A model generated the notes under the pieces. That model saw nothing but the letters and a program-made list of their open reading frames with translations, was not told the DNA's origin and did not search any database. From positions 1,184,001 through 1,248,000 of the forward strand of contig CAWKDC010000001.1 in NCBI GenBank assembly GCA_963848305.1: a stretch of DNA of 64,000 nt, written 5' to 3'. Numbering within the stretch: the stretch's first letter is position 1; every line of letters starts with the position of its first letter. The stretch is from an uncultured Gammaproteobacteria bacterium. Its GTDB lineage: Bacteria; Pseudomonadota; Gammaproteobacteria; JABCZS01. Both the position numbers and the translations under genes were made by a program. Below are positions 50,504-60,549 of the stretch, in pieces.

Positions 50504-50866
50504 TTATGCGGTGCGTGAAATCATATAAACACCCACGATGATGACGGCAATGCCTGCCATGCGCATCAGTGAAAGAGGTTCATCAAAGAGGAAATAAGCT
50601 GCAATCGCCGTGACCACATACCCAAGGCTGAGCATGGGATAGGCAAAACTGACCTCCACACGTGACAAGGCCATGATCCAAAGCCCTAGGCTGACGGTAT
50701 AGCAAATGATGCCCGTCAAAATCATGGGGTTGAACACAATGTCCCATAGCAGGCTAAGGACGTTATCGAGGTGAATGACGCCGACTTTCTCAGTGCCGCC
50801 CTTCAGGAATAGTTGTCCGACAGCATTGAGAAGGATGCTGATGATGATGAGGGAGTATGTGTGCAT
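50504..50866 (-). CDS. ArnE/ArnF-like SMR/EamA flippase subunit
   Basis: Four TM helices, GQLFLK, ALSRVEVSFAYPMLSLGYV. Confidence 0.85.
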   Translation of the reverse strand: MHTYSLIIISILLNAVGQLFLKGGTEKVGVIHLDNVLSLLWDIVFNPMILTGIICYTVSLGLWIMALSRVEVSFAYPMLSLGYVVTAIAAYFLFDEPLSLMRMAGIAVIIVGVYMISRTA

Positions 50867-50878
50867 GGGTTTCGTCCT

Positions 50879-50928
50879 TAATGTATACCATAGTAGGCAT
50901 TATACCGTCTAATGTATACTATCGTAAA
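50879..50928 (-). promoter_or_regulatory. Putative promoter of the arn-like operon with two 17-bp direct repeats
   Basis: Minus-strand TTTACG-18-TATAAT; TAATGTATAC(C/T)AT(A/C)GTA at 50879 and 50910. Confidence 0.6.
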
Positions 50929-50930
50929 CA

Positions 50931-51451
50931 CTATTTGAGCTCGATCATCCATTTCCAAATGGGTTGAATGATGACATGAAATTTTTTATTCTCAACGATA
51001 AGGGTATCTGTCCCCTCGTTATCTTCGACAAGGATTAATCCAGAATCCAAGTTGTGTGCTTGCATGGCTTCTAGCAAGCCGGCATATTCACGTGTTTGGG
51101 TTTTTTTATCTTGCAGACTTTGGCACACCTGTATCGCTTGAACAATTTTCAGCCCTTGGCGAATCAGGAAATCACATTCGTTGTTGCCTTGATGGTAATA
51201 TATTTCACCGATATTCCTGCGTTTGAGTTCAAGGAAAACAGCATTTTCCAAAAATCTACCTCTTTCAGTAATTCGCGGATTTGTTTCATGAGTGTTGATT
51301 TACCGCAGCGTCTAAGCCCTGTGACGCTGATAATTTGTGGGTTGTAAAGCCATGGCTGGATCCTTGGCAGTGCCTCTCGAATGACCAGGCTTTCTATACG
51401 CCTACTGCGTTGGTCAAGGATAATTTGTTTGATAATTTCTCTAGAAATCAT
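50931..51451 (-). pseudogene. Internally deleted AAA_14/DUF4143 gene
   Basis: N-terminal VTGLRRCGKSTL joined at a poly-T run to the C-terminal LENAVF..ECDF..AIQVC..W; most of the ATPase and the HTH are missing. Confidence 0.85.
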
Positions 51452-51463
51452 AATGATAGGTAT

Positions 51464-51516
51464 TCCTCAATTGAGGATTGTGGTTTATATCATAAAACCT
51501 CAATTATCAATTGATA
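51464..51516. promoter_or_regulatory. Palindromic operator cluster upstream of the deleted ATPase gene
   Basis: TCCTCAATTGAGGA (51464-51477), CCTCAATT (51498), TATCAATTGATA (51505-51516). Confidence 0.55.
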
Positions 51517-51532
51517 TGTGAAGCAGCCTCCT

Positions 51533-52216
51533 TTACGTCAGCCTTTGGCGGATCTCAGCCAGTGTGGCCTCATAACCAGAGGGACTGCCAAAAATGGCGG
51601 TACCCATCACCAATGTGTCTGCACCCGCATCACAAATTTGGCGGATATTGTCTAAATTCACGCCACCATCCACTTCCAGTCGGATCGGCTTCCCGCTGGC
51701 GTCGATCATTTTTCGCACGCGCTTGATTTTATGCAATACTTGCGGAATAAATGCTTGCCCGCCAAAACCGGGGTTGACTGACATCAATAATACCATATCG
51801 AGATCATCTAAAATATCCGTGAGCACTTCAACCGGTGTGGCAGGATTAAGCGCAACGCCCGCTTGGCAGCCGAGGGAATGGATGAGTTGAATTGTGCGAT
51901 GCACATGAAAAGTGGCCTCTGGATGAAAGGTGATGATGGTTGCGCCCGCTTCAACAAAGGGTGCAATCAGCGAATCAACCGGCGTGACCATTAAATGCAC
52001 ATCAATCGGTGCGGTGATGCCTTCATTGCGCAACGCTTTGCACACCATCGGGCCGACAGTTAAATTAGGGACATAATGGTTGTCCATCACATCAAAGTGA
52101 ACCCAATCTGCACCCGCTTGCATGACAGCATTGACTTCTTCCGCCAGTCTGCCAAATCGTGCAGATAAAATGGAAGGAGCAATCACGGTGGGTTGTTTGT
52201 GTTTCGAAAATAACAT
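51533..52216 (-). CDS. rpe: Ribulose-phosphate 3-epimerase
   Basis: [43 protein letters not shown]. Confidence 0.98.
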   Translation of the reverse strand: MLFSKHKQPTVIAPSILSARFGRLAEEVNAVMQAGADWVHFDVMDNHYVPNLTVGPMVCKALRNEGITAPIDVHLMVTPVDSLIAPFVEAGATIITFHPEATFHVHRTIQLIHSLGCQAGVALNPATPVEVLTDILDDLDMVLLMSVNPGFGGQAFIPQVLHKIKRVRKMIDASGKPIRLEVDGGVNLDNIRQICDAGADTLVMGTAIFGSPSGYEATLAEIRQRLT

Positions 52217-52232
52217 GGTGGTTTCCTCGTGG

Positions 52233-53057
52233 TTATTTGGCGCGTGTATTCATGATCAATTCATAAGCAGCTTTGATTTCTTGTGTTTTTTCTGTCGCAA
52301 GCCGAATCATTTCTTGGGGTAATCCTTTCGCGATCAATTTATCGGGATGGTGCATGCTCATCAGTTTTCGATAGGCTTTTTTAACATCAGCATCACTGGC
52401 GCTACGATCAATATCGAGTAATTTATAGGCTTCGAGCAGCGCTGATCCCTTATGCATTTTTTGATATTGTTGATGAAAATGTGAGCGTTGATAGTTTTTG
52501 AATTTTTCTTCCGCTTGATACATGCTGTTGATTCGCGCGAAAGCCACCCGATCAAACCCTAATCGTTCTGACACGTAAATCAATTTGGTACGTTTGACAT
52601 CTGTTAAATAGCCATCTGCATACGCGGCTTGCAACTGAATTTCAATGAACATGGTGATGAGTAAACTTTGGTTTTTAATGACTGTAAGCAGCTCGTTAAT
52701 AGCGTTGTCCAAATTAAAATCAGCAACTTTTCCCTGTTTGAAATAGTCAATCGCCATTTTTCGCGCATCGCCGTGAAGCTTCAATTGTTTCATGATGCGT
52801 TCTACTTCTTGAATTTCATGTTCACTGATCACGCCATCAGATTTTGCCACGTGGCCAATGATTTGAAACGTCGCTTTTAAAAAAACAGATTGAATTTTTT
52901 CGCGCTGTTGAGTGCCACTGAATATGCTGCCGATGATCATGTGTTGCTTCATGGCTTTATCAAAAAGATAGCCAATGCAAAAGCCAATCAAGGCACCAGG
53001 AATGCGTGCCATTAGGTAACCGAGTAAAACACCGATGATGCGGCCGAGATAGTTCAT
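52233..53057 (-). CDS. djlA: Co-chaperone DjlA
   Basis: N-terminal TM, TerB-like AKSDG, J-domain HHPDKL. Confidence 0.95.
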   Translation of the reverse strand: MNYLGRIIGVLLGYLMARIPGALIGFCIGYLFDKAMKQHMIIGSIFSGTQQREKIQSVFLKATFQIIGHVAKSDGVISEHEIQEVERIMKQLKLHGDARKMAIDYFKQGKVADFNLDNAINELLTVIKNQSLLITMFIEIQLQAAYADGYLTDVKRTKLIYVSERLGFDRVAFARINSMYQAEEKFKNYQRSHFHQQYQKMHKGSALLEAYKLLDIDRSASDADVKKAYRKLMSMHHPDKLIAKGLPQEMIRLATEKTQEIKAAYELIMNTRAK

Positions 53058-53728
53058 GATGTGGCAGCCATGTGTGCGCAAAGTGCGTGGTATTCTGCAG
53101 GGGTACCGAGGTTATGCCATTCTCCTTTGAAATATTCACCCGTGACTTGATGCGATGATATGTAGGGATTGATCAGTGTTGTCATGTCCATAAACTGATC
53201 TGGGTGGTGTTGAAAAATCTCAGGATGAAAAATCCCAAAACCTGCATAATTTAATTTAGGTTCACCTTGAAGATCAACGATCCCATCACTCGACAAATGA
53301 AAATCTCCTTTTGGGTGAAAGGGTGGATTATCGACCATCACCAAATGGGCGTGAGACACCTGCGATGCTTTCTTCACCAAATGAGACAAATCATAATCGG
53401 TCACCACATCACTGCTCAGCATGATAAAGGGCGCATCGCCAAGCAATGGTAGGGCATGAATTGCACCGCCAGCCATGCCTAAGGGTTTGGGTTCCTCAGA
53501 ATATTGAATTGTCACACCCAAACTTTGACCCTGTTGTAAAGCAGATTCAATTTGATTGCCAAGATAAGAGACATTGATCACAATATCGGTGATCCCGGCC
53601 TGTTTGCAGCGCAAAATAGCGTGCACAATCAGCGGTTTTCCTGCCAGCATCAGCAGGGGCTTCGGAGTGTGATCGGTGAGAGGCCGCATGCGTTCACCCA
53701 GACCTGCTGCTAAAATCATGGCTTTCAT
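53054..53728 (-). CDS. murU: N-acetylmuramate alpha-1-phosphate uridylyltransferase
   Basis: MKAMILAAGLGERMRPLT..TPKPLL, NPPFHPKGDF; next to amgK. Confidence 0.9.
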   Translation of the reverse strand: MKAMILAAGLGERMRPLTDHTPKPLLMLAGKPLIVHAILRCKQAGITDIVINVSYLGNQIESALQQGQSLGVTIQYSEEPKPLGMAGGAIHALPLLGDAPFIMLSSDVVTDYDLSHLVKKASQVSHAHLVMVDNPPFHPKGDFHLSSDGIVDLQGEPKLNYAGFGIFHPEIFQHHPDQFMDMTTLINPYISSHQVTGEYFKGEWHNLGTPAEYHALCAHMAATS

Positions 53729-54726
53729 GCCGTCGCTCCCATGTGTTCAACAACGTCTGTTTCGATAAAATGGCTGAATTCTCGGAACGCGCTGTCATTT
53801 TGAGCAACTGTGCGTACGTAATGTAAGGTGCGAGGGATATCGCCCAAATAATTTGTATTATGATCGCGCAAGGATTTACGCGCAAAAATAAAAATAGCTT
53901 TGAGGTGACGTTGCATGCCCATCCATTCAAAATCATGGTAAAAACGATCGAAGCTGCCTTCATATCCGGGATACGCATCGCGCAAATGATCATAGAAATA
54001 GCGTGACAGGGATTCCACTTGTTCAACAGGCCAGCTGATGTAGGCATCTCGCAACAATGATACGCAATCGTAGGTGATAGGACCTATCATCGCATCTTGA
54101 AAATCTATCACGCCTGGGTTTTTCCCCGCATCACACACAATGAGATTGCGAGAATGGTAATCGCGATGAATGCATACCTGTTGTTGATTTTCTGCGCGTT
54201 CAATCAATTTGACATACGTTTTGTCCAATAATGTTTGGATGGTGCGTGTGACATTGATTTTGAGATAATCTTTCAAAAACCATTGTGTGAAGGATTGTAG
54301 TTCTGTATTCATGAACGCGGCATCAAAGTGTTCGAGGGGTAAGGCATCAGAAGGTTGGCATTGCGTGATACGAACCAAGCTGCTGAGTGCGTCACGATAA
54401 AGGCTGTTCGCTTGGGTGGGTTCCGCGGTCAGTGCTTGCAGGTATGAGGTGCCGCCCAGGTCTTTGACGATCAAAAATCCCTGTCCCTCATGATACGCTA
54501 ATACTTCGGGAACGTGCACTCCTGCTCGCGCGTAAGCCTGTGCGACGCGCACAAACTCAACTGTTTTTTCATGTGCAGGCGGGGCATCGACGGCCAGCCA
54601 GCCGGGATGTCCTTCTATTCTATAATAATGGCGAAAGCTGGCATCTCCCGGCAAGGGCAACAGCTTGATTTTTTCATGCGGTAAATTGGCTTGTAGCCAG
54701 GATTCAAATTGGTCATGTCGTGTCAC
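53725..54726 (-). CDS. amgK: Anomeric MurNAc/GlcNAc kinase (APH family)
   Basis: GDASFRHYYR, HRDYHSRNL, IDFQDA, YD..SLLRD; divergent from lptD. Confidence 0.92.
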   Translation of the reverse strand: MTRHDQFESWLQANLPHEKIKLLPLPGDASFRHYYRIEGHPGWLAVDAPPAHEKTVEFVRVAQAYARAGVHVPEVLAYHEGQGFLIVKDLGGTSYLQALTAEPTQANSLYRDALSSLVRITQCQPSDALPLEHFDAAFMNTELQSFTQWFLKDYLKINVTRTIQTLLDKTYVKLIERAENQQQVCIHRDYHSRNLIVCDAGKNPGVIDFQDAMIGPITYDCVSLLRDAYISWPVEQVESLSRYFYDHLRDAYPGYEGSFDRFYHDFEWMGMQRHLKAIFIFARKSLRDHNTNYLGDIPRTLHYVRTVAQNDSAFREFSHFIETDVVEHMGATA

Positions 54727-54777
54727 AAAAACTCCCTTATACTGTATAATCGCATCATACCAAGGACTCATGCTGTC

Positions 54778-57258
54778 ATGGCAAGACATTTCATCCTCAT
54801 CATAGTATACATAATCACTGGGTTCTTGATACCCATCTGTGAAGCGACCGCGAAAGATGAAATTTTGTCAGATGACAGACAAGTTTTTGTAGATTGGGTG
54901 CCTGAACCCCCGGGTCAAAGTGTGTGTCAAGGGCATTATGTGTTGCCGCATTTCACTCCAGAACAACAAGCTGAAAGTGTGATTGAGGCAGATTCGGGCG
55001 GGCTATTGCTAAATGAGGGACCTCTGTCTTGACGGGGCATGTCCAACTTGTGGAGCCTGATCGACGTTTGTTTGCCGATAAAGTCACGTTGATCCGCAAT
55101 GAGAAGGGTGAGTACGTTGATATCACTGCTGAAGGCGGCGTGATGCTTGAGGAACCTTCATTCCGTGTGTACGCTGACAAAGCGTCAGTCATATTTGCCA
55201 ATAATGAAACGACCCTTTGGAAAGCACAGTATCGCTATTACCCTCGTCACGCACGTGGAACTGCTGAACGTGCGGAAACGTCCAAAAATGGACCCATGTA
55301 TTTCTATGATGCCACCTATACAACTTGTGCCCCCGATGACAATTTTTGGGACCTTAAAAGCCAAAGAGGTGAAGTTAGATAATGCAAAGGGTCGTGGGGA
55401 TGCATGGCATTCGACGTTATATGTGGAAGATGTGCCTGTCTTTTATGTGCCTTATTTTAATTTTCCGATTGATGAACGTCGGCAGAGCGGGTTTTTATCG
55501 CCTGAGTACCGTTCTTCTCAGCAAAATGGTTTCTCCATTAAAGTGCCCTATTATTTCAATATCGCGCCCAATTATGATGCCACGCTGAGCTCAAACTGGA
55601 TGTCTGATCGCGGGTTTCAATGGGGTGCAGAGGGACGCTACCTGGATAAATACCAATTCGGCGTAGGTTACTTTGAATATTTGCATCATGATCGCAAATT
55701 CGTTCAGTTTCGTGAAGAGAACCTAGCGAGTGATGAGGTGCCTGATCCCAACGATCCTCGACGCAAAAACTTAGAGGAAGAATGCAATCGATGGTTGGTG
55801 AATGCGATCTTGAATGGCCATTATGGTGTGCATTGGCGTAGTGAAATTGAATACAATCAAATATCAGATGATGAATATTTAATTGATTTTGGTCCGAACG
55901 ATTTCAGTGAAGATGAACGTTTATTACGTCGGCGTGCGCAAGCAGATTATTTAAGTGAAGAGTGGACGGCACAATTTTTTGTACAGGATTATCAAACCAT
56001 CCAACCTTTTGAAGCCAGCCTTGTCAATCCTCCTTATCGCATCTTGCCTAATTTAAGTGCTGCTTACATGCCTTATTGGAAAGATGCACCCTTCCGGTTT
56101 ACCGGGCTCGGGCAATTCACTTTTTTCGATCATGAATATGATCCTCTAGTGGGTGAAACACCCACCTATGGCAATCGTTTTCACGTGGAACCCACCATCG
56201 CTTTTCCCCAGCGCACCATGTATGGTTTTATCACACCCTCCACCACACTTTATGAAACATTTTACGATTTAACGTTGTCTGAAACGGATGAATCATTGGG
56301 TGATCCTGTTTCTCCTAACAGCGCCATTCCCGCTGCCAGTGTTGATATGGGTTTGATATTTGAACGTGACGTCAACGTTTTTAAGAATAAATACCAACAA
56401 ACACTGGAGCCTCGTGCCTATTATGTATACATTCCTTATGTCAATCAAAATGATTTACCCCTATTCGACACTGCGCGCTATGAATTCACGACCGCACAAT
56501 TGTTTCGACAAAATCGTTTTTCAGGGATTGATCGTATTGGTGATGCCAATCAAATCAGTCTTGCACTCACTTCACGTTTTTATGATGAACACATGGGCGC
56601 GGAACGTTTCAAGGCAACGATCGGTGATATTTTTTATTTTGAAGATCGCCGCGTGCTGTTGTGTGATACGGATTCCACCCCAGATTGCTTTCACGCGGAA
56701 GACCCGGGTGCAAAGGCCAATACGTCCCCTTTTGTGGCGGATGTGTTGTATCGGTTTAATTCAGAATGGTACTTAACAGGTGATGGGCGGTTTGACACTT
56801 ATAATACACAGAGTGATTTGGTCGCATTGAGGTTCCATTATCAACCCAGCTTGCGCAGCCTCATGCATGTGGGTTTTCGCTACGAGGAGTCAGGCAACTT
56901 GGTTTCTGGTGCGACCCTTGGAGATAGTTTGGCAGATTTGCTACAATCCGACATAGGTTTTTCATGGAATGTCATTGAGAGTGTTAATTTGTTAGGTCGT
57001 TGGTATTATGATATTAAACACGGATTAACCATTGACGCCTTTGGTGGTGTAGAATATGAAAATTGTTGTTGGGCGGTGCGAGCCGGCGGGCGACGTTATC
57101 TGCAGCTGAATACAGGCGAAATCAGTGCTGGAACGTTTAACACGGAATATTATTTGCAGTGGGTGTTCAAAGGGCTGGGCTCGTTGGGTCGTTCACCCGT
57201 TGAATATTTCACGACCAACATCCCTGGGTATCAAGATCGTTTTGAGGTAAATTACTGA
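54778..57258 (+). CDS. lptD: LPS-assembly protein LptD (two apparent homopolymer frameshifts near 55020 and 55358)
   Basis: C.GHY, YTTCAP, PVFYVPY, RQSGFL.P, PYYFNIAPNYD, LEPRAYY.Y.PY, NRFSG.DRI.DANQ, CCW. Confidence 0.95.
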
Positions 57259-58550
57259 TGCGTCAATTATTATTAACAATGTTTTTGTCATTTTCTGGCT
57301 TGGTTGCTCTTGCAGCGCCTCAAAGCTTGGATAAAATCGTGGCCATTGTGAACAACGATGTGATCACTGAAAATGAGTTGGCTTTCAGAATGGCGTTGGT
57401 GAAAGAGCAGATGAAATCTGCCCCTCAAGATGTTGCACCGGTATTGCCAGGAGACGATGTTCTGTCACACCAAGTGCTGGATAGGATGATCGAACAAAGG
57501 CTGATCAAGCAAGCCGCAGAAAAGAGTGGCGTGGTGATCAGCGACGTTGATGTCCGTCAAGCCTTGGAGACTGTGGCCAGACAAAATAAAATGACGGTCG
57601 AGCAATTGAAAAATACCTTGGCGCAAGACGGCATTGAATATGATAAATTTGAAGATGATTTGCGTAATCAGGTGATGGCATCCCGTGCGCAACAGCGTTT
57701 GGTCGGGTCAACCATTAAATTGAGTGATGCGGAGATTGATCATTGGGTTGCACAAGCCGAAAATCAAATGGCGGCTCAACGGCAATATTTATTCGGACAT
57801 ATCTTGATTGCGTTGCCGAAAGATCCCACGCCAGAGCAATTGGCTGAAGCAAACAAGCAAGCTGAACTGGTCATGCAAAAATTGAATCAAAAAAATGATT
57901 TTCATCAAGTCGCCCTGGCCCACTCTGACAGCAGCGATGTATTGGAAAAAACGGATTTAGGGTGGCGTTATGCGCATGAGTTGCCCACACTGCTGAGTGA
58001 TATTGCGCCCAAGCTAGATAAGGGTGATTTAAAAGGTCCGATACGTGATGGTAGCGGGCTTCACATTGTACAACTATTGGATTTGAAAGAACGTGATTTG
58101 CCAAAACAATGGGTAGAAGAAACGCATGTTCGTCACATATTGGTTGCGACCAATCAAGTGCGTGATGAACAAAAGGCGCGCGAGCGGATCAATGAAGTTG
58201 TTCAGAAATTGAAATCGGGTGAAGATTTTGCTGCATTGGCCAAAGTCTATTCGGATGATCCAGGCTCGAAATTGGCAGGCGGAGATTTGGGTTTTGTTCA
58301 AGCCAAATCGTTGACACCCAAATTTGCAGAAACAATGAAATCACTCAAAGTCGGCGAATTGAGCGAACCCGTGCTTACCCCATTTGGTTGGCACGTACTC
58401 GAAGTGGTTGAAGTCAAAAAACGTGAAGTGACACATGAAATGTTGCGTGCAGATATTCAAGAAAAATTGTATCAACGCAAAATGAATGAAGCTTTACAAA
58501 ACTGGTACACGCAGTTGCGGGATCAAGCGCAGGTACAAACATATCTCTGA
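57258..58550 (+). CDS. surA: Chaperone/PPIase SurA
   Basis: DKIVAIVNNDVI, two parvulin domains (HIL..., GGDLG, FGWH); follows lptD. Confidence 0.96.
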   Translation: MRQLLLTMFLSFSGLVALAAPQSLDKIVAIVNNDVITENELAFRMALVKEQMKSAPQDVAPVLPGDDVLSHQVLDRMIEQRLIKQAAEKSGVVISDVDVRQALETVARQNKMTVEQLKNTLAQDGIEYDKFEDDLRNQVMASRAQQRLVGSTIKLSDAEIDHWVAQAENQMAAQRQYLFGHILIALPKDPTPEQLAEANKQAELVMQKLNQKNDFHQVALAHSDSSDVLEKTDLGWRYAHELPTLLSDIAPKLDKGDLKGPIRDGSGLHIVQLLDLKERDLPKQWVEETHVRHILVATNQVRDEQKARERINEVVQKLKSGEDFAALAKVYSDDPGSKLAGGDLGFVQAKSLTPKFAETMKSLKVGELSEPVLTPFGWHVLEVVEVKKREVTHEMLRADIQEKLYQRKMNEALQNWYTQLRDQAQVQTYL

Positions 58551-58725
58551 TGTGGCTTGTGTAGCGATTTAAAATACGCGGCATCACGTTAACGTGATTC
58601 AAAGCTGTTCGTCTCCATAAAGCCGGAACAAGCTTTAAGGCCTATCGGCCTTGTAGATTATTTAAATCTTTCCGACTTAAGGTGACGGTCAGCTTTTCCA
58701 AATGGCGGTATTTTTTCAATACTGG

Positions 58726-58950
58726 CTACTTCTTACGCCCGACCACAACCAACACGATCCCCGCAACTACAGCAAATCCACCTATATAGGGTGGAATGTC
58801 GACGGTTTTATTCGTATCCGCGGTGATATGCATATCGCCGATTTGCATGATCTTCTCTTCTTTAGGATACGTGAACGTGTGGTAGGATAAGGCCAATACA
58901 CCACCGAGAATTAACAATATGCCAAAAACGAGCGTCACAGGATATTTCAT
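58726..58950 (-). CDS. Small two-TM membrane protein
   Basis: MKYPVTLVFGILLILGG...IGD.HI...KTVDIPPYIGG; AAGGA RBS. Confidence 0.75.
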   Translation of the reverse strand: MKYPVTLVFGILLILGGVLALSYHTFTYPKEEKIMQIGDMHITADTNKTVDIPPYIGGFAVVAGIVLVVVGRKK

Positions 58951-58968
58951 AAGAGTTCCTTTTAACAA

Positions 58969-59130
58969 TCATTGATTAAATAAGTGCATCACAAGTGATA
59001 TCACAAAAAGTATTAAAAAGACGAAAAACAGAATTTTTGCAATGCCAGCAGCTTCGGCAGAAACGCCAGTAAAACCCAATAAACCTGCAATCAATGCAAC
59101 AACCAAGAACGTGATAACCCATCCTAACAT
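58969..59130 (-). CDS. DUF1328 (YtjA-like) small membrane protein
   Basis: [22 protein letters not shown]...AAGIAKILF. Confidence 0.92.
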   Translation of the reverse strand: MLGWVITFLVVALIAGLLGFTGVSAEAAGIAKILFFVFLILFVISLVMHLFNQ

Positions 59131-59209
59131 GGTATGCTCCTTGTGAGTGAATAATTGAATTATAGACGTCATTGGCATCTCAGTGATGATCATTTCACAC
59201 TCGAATGAC

Positions 59210-59252
59210 TTGAAATCCGTGCAATTCTGGTATATGATCACCAGAATTGCAC
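59210..59252 (+). promoter_or_regulatory. Sigma70 promoter with a 13-bp inverted repeat around the -10 box
   Basis: TTGAAA-17-TATGAT; GTGCAATTCTGGT-N8-ACCAGAATTGCAC. Confidence 0.7.
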
Positions 59253-59265
59253 AGGAATCAAATTC

Positions 59266-60408
59266 ATGTCCTACCTTAAACGTGTGTCAGAGTCTAAGCT
59301 ATTGGAATATATGACATTTTTCTCGGTGGTTGCGCTGTCTGGCCCACGTCAATCCGGCAAATCTACCCTTTTGCGTCATTTATTACCGGATTATCAATAT
59401 GTGAATTTTGATGATTTAGGGTTACGGTCATTTTTTCTTGATGACCCTGAGGCCTTTATGTCAACCTATCGTGATAAGGTTATTTTTGATGAAGCACAGC
59501 TTGTACCCGACTTATTTTCATACATTAAACGAGCCGTGGATGCTGATCGAGAGTCACCAGGCAAATTTGTCGTTTCAGGTTCAAGCCAATTCACGTTGAT
59601 TGAGCGTATCACAGAGACACTGGCGGGGCGCATTGGGATGTTATCGTTGTTACCCTTTCAATATGCCGAAATGCCATCGAAGTTGTATACTCAAGCACAG
59701 TTTAAAGGAAGTTATCCTGAATTGGTGATGAAAGAGTATGCATCATGGCATGATTGGTATGGATCCTATTTAGATACGTATTTGAATCGGGATGTACGCA
59801 CGCTGGCTCATGTCAACGATTTGCGCGATTTTCAACGGCTCATGCAGGTATTGGCCTCCCGCGTGGGGAGTGTATTAAATATGTCAGACATTGCCAAAGA
59901 CATTGGAATTGATGTTAAAACACTCAAACGCTGGATGAGTATTTTAGAAGCATCGTATGTGATATTTTTGCTCCCGCCCTTTTATGAAAATTTTGGGAAA
60001 CGGATCATCAAAAGCCCCAAAGTTTATTTTTATGACACGGGCATTGTGTCATTTTTAACAGGCATTCAGACAGAAGATCAATATCGTTTTGGACCATTAG
60101 CAGGTTTTTTATACGAAAATTATGTGATTGCCGATATCATGAAAAAACATTTTCACTTAAAAACACATGCATCATTTTATTTTTTCAGAACATCACATGG
60201 GGATGAAATTGATTTGATCGTCGATAGAGGTGATACGCGCGATCTAATTGAAATTAAATCAAGCCAAACATTCAAGTCTGCCATGATAGACAATTTGCGT
60301 AAATACCGCCAAGAAAAAGACACAGCTTATTTGTTATACCAGGGAAAATCCATGCCGCATGTTGATGTGCACATTATGAATGCAACGGAATATTTGAAGG
60401 AGTTATAA
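59266..60408 (+). CDS. AAA_14 ATPase-wHTH-DUF4143 (PD-(D/E)xK) protein, intact
   Basis: [40 protein letters not shown]...IEIKS. Confidence 0.93.
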   Translation: MSYLKRVSESKLLEYMTFFSVVALSGPRQSGKSTLLRHLLPDYQYVNFDDLGLRSFFLDDPEAFMSTYRDKVIFDEAQLVPDLFSYIKRAVDADRESPGKFVVSGSSQFTLIERITETLAGRIGMLSLLPFQYAEMPSKLYTQAQFKGSYPELVMKEYASWHDWYGSYLDTYLNRDVRTLAHVNDLRDFQRLMQVLASRVGSVLNMSDIAKDIGIDVKTLKRWMSILEASYVIFLLPPFYENFGKRIIKSPKVYFYDTGIVSFLTGIQTEDQYRFGPLAGFLYENYVIADIMKKHFHLKTHASFYFFRTSHGDEIDLIVDRGDTRDLIEIKSSQTFKSAMIDNLRKYRQEKDTAYLLYQGKSMPHVDVHIMNATEYLKEL

Positions 60409-60549
60409 GTTTTCAAGTTCGTTCGCCTCCACATCTCTTTTGCTTGATCTTGTTGCTGGCAAGTGCTTCAATCTCTTAGATTTGCCTTGCCCCCTTGAGA
60501 GGGAGCGAAGGCATTTTTGAATGGCTGTTAGCGATCCCATTCAGAGTTG

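Noticed and set aside
54778-57258. lptD, tsaC, ctaA and others as true pseudogenes or programmed frameshifts
   Set aside because: Essential functions, otherwise intact sequence and frequent homopolymer context favour sequencing error
58583-58598. Perfect 16-bp palindrome ATCACGTTAACGTGAT after surA
   Set aside because: Isolated; no matching copy seen at the other putative inversion junction near 63500-63536
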